Positions 53,171 through 64,000 of a stretch of DNA of 64,000 nucleotides are shown piece after piece. A program made the position numbers and the translations under genes. Origin of the DNA: Octopus sinensis (taxonomy: Eukaryota); NCBI RefSeq assembly GCF_006345805.1, contig NC_043009.1, positions 12,524,001 through 12,588,000 on the forward strand, in the 5' to 3' direction. The notes beneath the pieces are model-generated. The model was given only the letters and a program-made list of their open reading frames with translations, made no database searches and was not told where the DNA came from. Numbering within the stretch: the stretch's first letter is position 1; each line of letters opens with the position of its first letter.

Positions 53171-56100
53171 TAATTAGTAACTGTAATATCTACCTAGGGC
53201 AAAATTGTAAGCATATTTGCCATTGCAATATATATGGTAAATCGAAAAACCAATTTGGTTTTTAATCATAATCATCGACAGTATCAGATACAACCTAAGA
53301 GGAAGGTAAAAGATATTTCAATTATCTCATTGCAGAGAACGTCAAAGACAAAATGATCCATGAAAACTAAGATAGTACTTGGAACTGAGGTAAGTTACTA
53401 ATTTCAATGTGTACTGACGTCAGCTATTTAAATTCGAGTTCTCACGTAGATCAATTTGTTAAAGGACTCTCATCACATTGGCTGAGGGAAGGGACACTAG
53501 TGACCAGCTATGGGCAGATATCCTGAAGCTGAGGGACAGAAATGGAATATTACACTTGAAGAATAATGGCCCATTTCAATTAAAATTGCTATGTGAGATA
53601 ACTGTGTTATTTGCACTGGCTACCCAACTCAAAACCATACTGATAATTACTTCCAGGTGAGTACGTTCCATAATTAAATTGGTACACCTGAAGAGGATCA
53701 ACAAACCAAAAAACAGCTGGCTGTGATTCGACCTCACATTGTTGCTCTTGTCCAGATTATATCTCCTTAAAGAAGAAAGTGACAAGGTGTAAATATTTTG
53801 GATATAAACCATGCTAGCATGGAAAACGGACGCTAAACGATGATGATGATGATAAGAGAGTCATGAAGTCCAAGCATGGTTGCTTATGGAAGACCAGCAG
53901 TCACCCATGCATACCAGCCTCCCCATCATACCACCAATATTATCCAAGACAAAAAGCAAAGGCCGATACAGCTTGGCACCAATGACGTTGCAACCTATTT
54001 TTACAGCTGAGTGAACTGGAGCAATGTGAAATAAAGTGCCTTGCTCAAGAACATAACACAAAGCCAGGTCTGGGAATCGAACTCCCTCCCTTGTGGTTGT
54101 GAGCCTAAAGCTCTAACTAGAGCCATGCACCTTCACCTTAGTATTTATATATACCGTATGTTTCGGTGTATAAGGCAACCCAACCAATTTGGTTCTTAAT
54201 AGAGAAAAGTGACATGTGAAGCTCATGGCAATGTCAGAGCGAGGAGAAAGTGAACTCTTAGTTTTCATATTGTCTTCATTACAAACTAAGGGAATGTCAG
54301 CTTAGTATCACCCTTATGGTGTTGAAATTTTGGCTAGTACAATGTGAAAAGATTAACCAGAACAGTTTAAGTACATGAAGGGATAAATCCAAAATAGCCA
54401 GTGTCTCTCAGTCCAGTTAAGATAGTAGTATTTAGTTGATATAGCGGGGAGTGAAAAACTAAATAAACATCCAATTTTTATAATCAACCTGTAACAATTA
54501 GACCAGGCCAAAATGAGAGGAGAGCAGTTAGCACAGGCCTACAATTTTTGAGAAGGCACACTCTTCCTGTCAAAGGCAAATGGAAAGGATAAATTTGTCA
54601 AACCAGGCTAAAATGAATAGAAAATTCTTAAAATTTCCAATTTTATTTACATAAAAAATGTTGCTTTCCCCTGTTTTTAAAATGATTAAAGAGGTAGACA
54701 GGGTGCTCCATCACTCTCTGCCTCTCTCTCACTCCACAGATTCTTTGCCAACTCAATACCAAATGTGTATTTACAAACACTATACACACATTAAAACCAT
54801 GCCTCAATTTCCCTCCATGTGTATTGAGGCATTTAAATACTACTTTCAATGCCTTATTTTATTCTTATACAGTCATGGAAGTACTTTGCTTGCCTTTCAA
54901 CAACCCAACGATGTTCTCTCTCTTACTTAGTATGCGTTATTAAACGAGGTTCGCTGGGGTGTGTGAGAATTTTCATGACAAAGAGTGCCATCACAAAAAG
55001 ATACATAATGCAATATAAAATAAGTTCATTGGCATCTGTGGAGTATTTATCCAAAAAGAATCAAACAAAAAATAAAAAAGAATATATAAAACCTGCAAAA
55101 TATTTTGCAATTCCTGTTGTTGGAATATTCAAATACCTGAATGCATGATTTCATATTCTTGATTAATCTTTATTATTAGGGATAACAAAAGAGGAAGGTA
55201 AAAAGTATTTCAATTTTCTCATTGCAGACAATATCAAAGACAAAACGATTCACAAAAACTGTCCAGGACAATACCTGGAGAGCACGAGTTATCGAGAAAT
55301 AGAGCTGGTTTATCTTCAGCTCTATATATTCAATGAAGAATACACCAAAAAGAGTATGCCTATTTAAACTCATTGAAAAAAATGGAACACCAATGTAACT
55401 GGAAGGCATACTTCTTTGAGAAGGGACCCTAGGCAGATTTAACTAATTGCAAATATAGATTTACCTTGAAAAAAATGCCCTTTATCAAATCAAAGAATTG
55501 GAGGCCTTTGAAAATAACCAGCTGAACCAAGTTAAAAAAACGTAAATTAAAGGTAAATTTTCTTAATTAGTAACTGTAATATCTACCTAGGGCAAAATTG
55601 TAAGCATATATGCCATTGCAGTATATATGGTAAATCGAAAAACCAATTTGGTTTTTAATCATAATCATCGACAGTATCAGATACAACCTAAGAGAAAGGT
55701 AAAAGTTATTTCAATATTCTCATTGCAGAGAACGTCAAAGACAAAATGATCCATGAAAACTAAGATAGTACTTGGAACTGAGGTAAGTTACTAATTTCAA
55801 TGTGTACTGACGTCAGCTATTTAAATTCAAGTTCTCATGTAGATCAATTTGTTAAAGGACTCTCGTCACATTGGCTGAGGGAAGGGACACCAGTGACCAG
55901 CTATGGGCAGATATCCTGAAGCTGAGGGACAGAAATGGAATATTACACTTGAAGAATAATGGCCCATTTCAATTAAAATTGCTATGTGAGATAACTGTGT
56001 TATTTGCACTGGCTACCCAACTCAAAACCATACTGATAATTACTTCCAGGTGAGTACGTTCCATAATTAAATTGGTACACCTGAAGAGGATCAACAAACC

Positions 56101-56505
56101 AAAAAACAGCTGGCTGTGATTCGACCTCACATTGTTGCTCTTGTCCAGATTATATCTCCTTAAAGAAGAAATGAAGATTTGAGTATATATATATATAAAA
56201 GAATCATGAAGTCCAGGCATGGTTGCTTATGGAAGACCAGCAGTCACCCATGCATACCAGCCTCCTCATCATACCACCAATATTATCCAAGACAAAAAGC
56301 AAAGGCCGATACAGCTTGGCACCAATGACGTTGCAACCTATTTTTACAGCTGAGTGAACTGGAGCAATGTGAAATAAAGTGCCTTGCTCAAGAACACAAC
56401 ACAAAGCCAGGTCTGGGAATCGAACTCCCTACCTTGTGGTTGTGAGCCTAAAGCTCTAACTAGAGCCATGCACCTTCACCTTAGTATTTATATATACCGT
56501 ATGTT
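53171..56505. repeat. ~1-kb dispersed direct duplication (53171-54162 and 55564-56505)
   Basis: Offset 2393 in the 5' part (ORFs 53478/55871); scattered substitutions; each copy contains an antisense SINE (~53860-54135, ~56205-56477). Confidence 0.9.
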
Positions 56506-57110
56506 GTGAGTCTTCTCAAACAGCTCCCATGTTCTTCCGTGCCCCTCCTTCCCACCCCTGGATGAGACCCCATTCAAATTTGACATGATGGGTGATAGAA
56601 TGGTTGACATGAAAGGCGCAAAAACCAGTCATGTTAGAGGCACGGGTCATGAAAAGACAAGGTTTACGGTGGTATTATCGTGCATGGCTAACCGAATGGA
56701 ACCTAAATCCATGACAGGATGATATGCTGTGTGAGAGCGAAGATAAAACCAAAGTCGATTCACCAGATTCTAACTAGAACCCTTACGATGAAACTGTAAA
56801 TGATAATTTGCTTGACAAACTTTTTGGATCAGATGATGATGATTGTAGCAATTTTGAAAGATTAAATGTTTGAAACTTATCTAAATAACAATGTGTATGT
56901 GGTATGTTTAATTTTTTTGTATTATTTTTACTAAAATTGATAATCTTAGTGAAACATGTTTTGTAATACTTTTTATTAGAATTCATAATCTTAGTGAGAA
57001 ATAAAATTTTTTCCGTGGATTGTAGATTTTTAGGTAATGGCAGCGCTATTACATTATTAGTGTTGTATAGTAATGTGAATTGTTTCATCAGTGATATACT
57101 AGTTTGAAAA
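56495..57110 (+). mobile_element. Pogo-like transposase remnant
   Basis: LDETPFKFDM...KG...GTGHEKTRFTVVLSCMA (DDE_1-like) and acidic tail KLFGSDDDD; starts with TACCGTA terminus. Confidence 0.7.
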
Positions 57111-57499
57111 TTCACATGACAAAAGGAAGTGTAAATTTACTCAATTTCAAAATATTAATTTTTACCACTCTATCACTGAGGGACTATTATAAGAAAGTTT
57201 TAATTTACCCATAGATAACACTTTTAAATCAAGGCATACTCAGCATATACACACTTTCAGATGAGGACAAAAAAATCTGTAACAAACTTTCAAAGTATAT
57301 TTGGAGTTTAAAAAACAAAGGAATCAACTATAGCATTAAATTGGTCATTATAGAATCAGCTCCAGCACATTTCATTGGTAACAAGTGCCAACCCTGCTTA
57401 GCAGAAAAGTTTAACATTCTAACTACTACACAGACCATTAAAATCCAAATTAGAGTCTGGAACAAAAAACAGCATTAACTGCAAAGATAATTGGTTCAT

Positions 57500-58540
57500 A
57501 TAATATTGATATTGCTGTTCTAAGTGAAATCAGGTTTGCAAATTCTGATGAATTAGAAGTTGGAAGTAGCTATACATATCACTATCACGTAGATCCTTAT
57601 ATGCCTCCTCTAAGAAAATTGCTCAAAAAAAATTGCATGAAATGGAAAATCTTCAGTGAGCAAAGAAAAACCCAAGAATTGGAAATGGCTGCTAACTTGC
57701 ACAACTTGAGAGCATTGTATGACAATTTGAAAGGCATATTTGGTCCTCATATATGTACAAGTGTGTATTTATATATCTATGTACATAAACATGTGTCTGC
57801 GTGTGTATATGCTTACTTTAGTATATGTCAAGGCATATACAGTTTCCAGTTTGCATAAGTACATTAGCATGCTGACATATGCAAATGCAGTGAGTATTGA
57901 AGCTCACATCCATCATCACTATATGCACCGGGCTGATTATGTTGTGTGTCTTGATGAAAGCCAAATTGCAAAGTAGATGTTGTTTGGCACACTGTTGCAA
58001 AGTATTTGACTGCAGCGTAAGCCAAAAAAGTGACTTAAGGATAACTTAAAAGAACTGCATGGAATCTGTGCAATTTCATAACAGGAATGAGAAGACATAT
58101 CACATGAGAAAAAAATCTGGACTGTGACAGAATGAGCACATTCCAGTGAAATACCAATGAGTGGTCATGCAGAAGATCAGAAGACAATTTTGTTGACCCT
58201 CATCAAGTTTCTCAAGTCTGTGAGGTCTATGACTGCATATGTATCCCTCACACAGGCCTGGTGAGCCATCAGGGAAGCCACGAAAAAGATCTATTACAAA
58301 CTACAACTTTCTGGTTAGGGGCCAACCTCACATGCATTGTGTGCCAGAAAACATGTATAAATCACTCGGGTTTATCTGGGCACGTGAGGATGCACAAAGA
58401 AAAATCATTAGAATGATCCGGAACAACCAAGAAGCCAAAAGAATTTGTATAAATGTTGAACCGGCATCAAGTTTCGTAAGCTGCTGGCAAGATCCAAGAG
58501 CCATTGTCATTCTCACATGTAACGCTATGATACACTTTAT
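57500..58540 (+). mobile_element. Internally deleted RTE (BovB-like) remnant
   Basis: DIAVLSEIRF..ELEVGSSYT (APE), ELEMAANLHNLRALYDNLKGIFGP, and LKDNLKE 3' motifs, all frame-broken. Confidence 0.6.
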
Positions 58541-58601
58541 TTAGTTAACCATCATATATACATCTACGTTGGTGTGTGCATGTATGTATACACATACACA
58601 C

Positions 58602-58640
<39 letters not shown>

Positions 58641-58937
58641 GCTCGTATCTTTGACCTCGTGTTAATATCTAGCGTGCAGTTTGACAAATTATATTTTATG
58701 ACGTACCTCACTGATGATCTGCAGATTAATTGTATAAGTAAAATTGCAGAATGTATTAACAGTGAAACAATTGTATGGGGTTAATCTATATTTTTGTTAT
58801 TTTTCATTTGTCCTGCTCGCTTACGTTCATAGTGTGCTAAATTTTTCTTGAGAACAATTCTTAGTGGTTGAGACCCTTGCGGATCTATCTCTAGCATAAG
58901 AGCATCCACATAGTGGATTCTCTCTCATATTTGTGTA

Positions 58938-58983
<46 letters not shown>

Positions 58984-60001
58984 TATTACATCTACATATA
59001 TGCAGGAATATGTATTCATGCATGCGTGTATGTATATACACACACACACATATATATATATATATTACAGATACATACATGTAGGAGTATATATTCATGC
59101 ATGCGTGCGTGTATTAAGTATGATTTTTTTTTTGTGTTTTTACTTTCATGTAAATATTTACATATCCCTATTGCCATTGACTCGTTTACATATTTGCTTG
59201 TTTTGATGTCTAATCACAATTATCAATGTGTTATTTTGATGAGGCTATCTTTAGTTAATCAGATGGTTGCTAATACACATTTTTATGATTACTTTCTGAT
59301 GTTATTTATTTATTTATTTATTTTTTTGTTAACTCAATTATGCTTCATTAGTGACTTGATAACAGGGTTAGAAGTTACGTCATTAGTAATGAAGCCCAAT
59401 TAAAGTTGAAAATGAGAATCCAACCATCAAATGGTTATTCAGATAAAAAAAAAATGTATGTATGTATGTATGTATGCATGCATGTATGTATGTATGTATG
59501 TACGTACGTACGTACGTACGTATGTATGTATGTATGTATGTGTGTATGTATGTATGTACAGTTGCATACAGGTAAATGGCATTTATAGGTGTACATGGAC
59601 ATAATTACAAGAAGCTTTAGAGATTTGTTGACAGACAAAAAATCTCAATAAAGGCTACATCATTTCATATACCGCTTCTTAAAACAAATATAAAACAATA
59701 GTATTGTCAAGTTAATCCAATACATTTGTTACAATATACATCACATTTGTTGCTGATGAGAAACTGAACAGCTTTTCTGTTTTGTCCCCATCGTAGTTGC
59801 TGTGTTCTTTCCGTGATCAGAAAAATTAGGCTGACCAGCAATGGTTATTTCTTTGGGCTAGTTTCAACAACTGTAAGAGAAAGGGTACCAGTCAGACACA
59901 GAATAGGTGGTTTTTATTTAAAATTATTTCAATACATGGATTAGTGAAATGTTTAACACAAAAAGCACTTGCAACTAGAAAATGAGACATAAATACTGAA
60001 G

Positions 60002-60421
60002 GGATCATTTCAGTTTGAACGGCATTTTTTCTAGCGGTGTCATATGAAACTGTCACCCATAATTATGACCCTAGTATCGATCTATTGCATTTCAATCTGT
60101 TTTAGGGTTAAGGGTTAGGGGTGGGGGAAGGGTATCTTTTTTTCTTCAGAAATGTAAATAAACCCAATCTGTTTCTTAAACGAGGGACATATTCATACGG
60201 CACAGAATGTATTTTTACCTCAACAGACGTCAGTGATTGGGTTGAAATTGCAGAAATTGAAGAAAAAAAAAAACCCAAATATCTTACAAACTATAGAATT
60301 TTCTCAATAAAGCCAAAAGAAAAAGATGTTTTATAAACACATTCTACCAGTATACGAAGTTTAAAATTTGTTAGTTACCCAGAAATTATGTTAAAAACTG
60401 CCGTTCAAACCGAAAGGATGC
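60002..60421 (+). mobile_element. Same TTAGGG-bearing MITE family
   Basis: Perfect 8-bp TSD tactgaag at 59994-60001 and 60422-60429. Confidence 0.9.
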
Positions 60422-62900
60422 TACTGAAGTACTATACAATATATTAGTTTAAAATATATGTAATGGAACCTGTAAATAAACTAATACCTGCTGCAGAGGT
60501 ACATAATTTATACTATGAAAGCACCTTATAAAGACTCACTCACTGGAACTTTCTTTGGTTTTGCTGATTTATATTTTTGCATGCACTTCTACTTGCCGGC
60601 CACAGGTGGCATAGTTTTCCTTATAGCAGTTACTATAACAGTCGAATTTCTTTCTTACTAGTAATTAAAACATAAATGAACTGTCATCAGTTTGGTGATG
60701 AGTATTCGGCACCCAGTACTCTGGGGAGTGGTTGGCATTAGGAAGGGCATCCAACAGCAAAAAACCAAGCCAAAGCAGAATGGAGTCTGGTGCAGCTCTC
60801 TGTTTTACCAGTTCCAGTCAAATTGTCTTACCCGTGGAGAATGAACACTAAATGATGATGATGATGATAAGCTGTTCACTGAATTAATATGAAGATCGTT
60901 GAGTATTCAACTAACGTGTATCCCCCTAATATAATCATCAGGTAGAACCAGCAAGGCACATTGCGTGACAAGGCTGAAGACTGGGACCTTTGTATTAAAT
61001 GGTACAGGCACCAAACATGCTTCTGCAATTTCCATCATCCAGATTTCACCCACAGCACATTGGTTGATTCAAGGCAATGGTAAATGACACTAGCTCAATA
61101 TATCAAGTTGTGAAATCAAACCTGGGAGCTCATGGTTGCTGAGCAACCTTTCCAACCATACATTTATGCTGAGTAAATTAATGAAGTATCTGATTCAAAA
61201 GTCAGGAAAATTAGAGCAAGCAGAGTTGGAGTTCTTGTCATGGTCACAAAAACACACAGAAAGCTTTGGTCAGTAGACCATGAGAGAGAGAAAACGAGTA
61301 TACCTTCTTCATTGTTTGACGGTAGTTTTCTTCTTTTCAAAAATGGCTCATGGAAAACATTGTACAGTTGCTCAGCCTGAAAGAAATCAAAGACAGTTCC
61401 AAAAGTAAGGAATCTTTGTTAGACACTTCCAGTCGAAAAGAACAAGAAACTTTTGTAATTTACCCATGGAATCGTTAGTTGTCGGAGCACTGCATCCTTC
61501 AAAACTTCCATGCTTCATGAGATTCACCAACGCTACACCTGATTTTCTCTCCTCCATTCACACACAAGCATGTATCTGACTCATACACTGTTCACTTTCC
61601 AGACATTTGTACATTACTGCATATACTTTATATGCACTTTTTGACAAGTTGTGCTGCACCTGAGCACTAATTTCAGTATTATTATTATTTTTTAATTCAT
61701 TTATTTCCTACAAATTGGTTAAATCTTTAATTACATGCAAGTAATTATTTAATTACATGAAAATAGCTCAAAGAACATCAAGTATGACAGATAATATTTT
61801 CAACGTCCACCAAACACTGAAATAAAAATCAGGATTTTGGAAGTGCGTGTGTGACATTTCCTGCACAGTCAGGTTAAAACCATATAATGTCAGACTGGAG
61901 CCTGGTGCAGCCTCCTGGCTTCCCAGATCCTGGTCGAACTGTCCAACCCGTGCTAGCATGGAAAACGGACGTTAAACGACGATGATGATGTCAGGCTATC
62001 AGCTGCTAGCACAACACTATAGTCAAGGCACTTATCTCTGACAAGTAGTCTACATACTATTCTGTGAATTAGTATCCTGACCAGCTACATTTCATGTCCC
62101 AGGCAGTGGGGAAAGGGTCACAACAATGAACCAGGATCTTTCTTAGATTCTATTATTGACAGCAAACACTCCAAGACACTAAGAAAAAGCTGTGCCAGTG
62201 TTGGATATCAAATCTGTCTTCAATCACCCACACACCCACAATGATATGAGAGAGAGAGAGAAAGAGAGAGAGTATTTCTTTATTCACCATAAGGTTTAGA
62301 AAAAGAGGGGACGATACGAGGACAGACAAAACAAACGTTGGGGTCAGGGTATCGAATGCGACGAAACGTATGAATAAACAAACAATTAAATGAGAATGAG
62401 TGATTAACAAAAAATGAAGTGGAGGGCACGGTTGACCCCACAAACCACATACTCACACTGAAGACTTTGCTTTCTCCTTTTTTTTATTCTCGTTTAAACA
62501 GGTTCTTTCACTCGCAACATACTTGCTATAGACATCCATCTTTTACGAAACACACTTTGCGACAGGCATTTCTCCAGCCTTGAGAGAGAGAGAGAGAGAG
62601 AGAGCAAACTTCTACTTACCTTCCGTGGTCCCAAACCAGGGCAAAAGGTAAAATCTTTTTCATTACTCTGAATGACGGCCTCTAACGACTGAAAGTATAC
62701 AGAATAATCATAGGGGTAATTAAAAGTCTTCTTTCCAAATATGTTGTCCTACAACCAACTGAGAAAACTAAAACTATTAATTCTGTACATCAGTATTCTC
62801 ACTTCAAATTCTGCTCAAATCAAATCTGTTTAACGTGAGAAGAGCAATAAAATAGACACAAATAATATTGTCTGAAAGTTGATTCAATTTACTATACTAC

Positions 62901-63290
62901 GTCCCCAAAGTCCATCCCCTCCTCACCGTGGTGGGGACGCTGGCAACGGGTAGTGTCAGAGCTATGCCGTCGGGAACTTCGGTTCCTGGTAGGGCCACCC
63001 AAGGCGGATTGGTCTGACACCAAGTGGTATTAGGGCCACAACCCGGCTCTGGTGAAAATCCTCGGAGTGTCTGTTTCGGCAATCGGCAGCTCCTTGGTTG
63101 TTCTGTTCCTGCGTCTGCGAACAATCTGCGGCAAACAGGATGTCTCTACATGTGGGATTGTTGGAGACCGCTTTTGAAATTCATATTCCCATGAAACTTC
63201 TTCCACTGCCATGGTTCGAGATGCCTCGAGGGTGGTGGAAGAAGCTGACTCAACTCGCCCAGGGTGAATGTCGCCACAAGTAAGTAAGTA
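62901..63290 (+). mobile_element. ~390-bp GC-rich RTE-like non-autonomous element: structured 5' leader plus (AAGT)n tail
   Basis: Sharp GC step at 62901; GAGCTATGCC...GGTAGGGCCACCCAAGGC...GGTC resembles RTE 5' leaders (from memory, not a search); ends CACAAGTAAGTAAGTA. Confidence 0.5.
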
Positions 63291-63459
63291 CCCTACTACC
63301 TCACATAGAGAAGTTTGGTATTGTGCCTAATAAAAAGATAACTACTTTTAGAGTGAAGGTTCATTTCATTTCTCATCAATTATTTGCTAGCTTTTTTTTG
63401 TTTTTTAATACAAATAATTAGTTACTTTTGTTTTATCAACACTTTAAATAATATTTATA

Positions 63460-64000
63460 ACTTTATAGCTGAATCGGTACCAAAATTAAAGAAGAAATTT
63501 CAGATTATTGCTAAATCCCTACCAGAACTAGAGAAGATATTTTACGTATGGAAGCACGGGCTGGAATCATAGGGCTTTAGAATTAATTTAGCAAAGACCA
63601 AAGTATTGATAAGTAGGAAAACAGACAAATCACAGATCCCTTTAAGGGAGATAGCCCTGCTTGATGAAGCCCGGACTGGAATCATAGGGCCTTAGAATTA
63701 ATTTAGCAAAGACTAAAGTATTGATAAGTAGGAAAACAGACAAATCGCAAATCCCTTTAAGGGAGATGGCCCTGCTTGATATGCAGAAAAGGAGTTGGGA
63801 GATACTCCATAAGGTGTACCCAGTGCAAGCTATGGGTACATAAGAGGTGCAACAGCAGTATCACTGGAAGTCTAACACAGAAAGTGTTAGTCTTCCAGTG
63901 GCAGATGTGAAGGTACATTAAACACTAGGAATGTACAAAAAAATAGACTCCTTCGAATGTCAGGAGGATATCCTTAGAAGTAGTAGATAGTTTCTGTTAT
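63460..64000 (+). mobile_element. RTE ORF2 remnant (RT C-terminal part with Cys-rich insert), runs off the window
   Basis: WKHGLES*GFRINLAKTKVL...WPCLICRKGVG..SIRCTQCKLWVHKRC...FQCGRC...EVVDSFCY; contains a 115-bp internal tandem duplication. Confidence 0.85.

Noticed and set aside
53171-56505. Direct repeats as LTRs of one retroelement
   Set aside because: No TG...CA termini, PBS, PPT or gag/pol between them.
62987-63055. GTGG-TATTAGGG-CCAC resembling the pistol ribozyme P1/L1
   Set aside because: Lacks the downstream CCCUAA pseudoknot strand and the conserved AAA linker.

Overview
AT-rich, repeat-dense animal genomic DNA, most likely an octopus or other coleoid cephalopod (inferred from the protocadherin type and SINE/RTE content). 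One host gene is supported: a minus-strand protocadherin. Its large exon (about 12334-9221) encodes a signal peptide, 7 cadherin repeats, a TM helix and the start of the cytoplasmic tail, and a second in-frame coding exon lies at 3157-3028. The rest is nested mobile DNA: several tRNA-derived SINE families, RTE and R4-like LINE remnants, mariner, pogo, Helitron and Gypsy remnants, four MITE families, microsatellites and local duplications. The best find is a young Penelope-like element at 26.5-27.6 kb, arranged as a ~470-bp near-perfect inverted repeat. Each arm carries a complete minimal hammerhead ribozyme with a compensatory U3-A8 core. Other candidates are a tRNA-headed SINE with a decayed hammerhead in its tail, a palindromic tandem array of tRNA-like heads, a MITE carrying (TTAGGG)n, and a structured RTE-like 5' leader. 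All calls were read by eye without database searches, so family names are provisional and many repeat boundaries are approximate.
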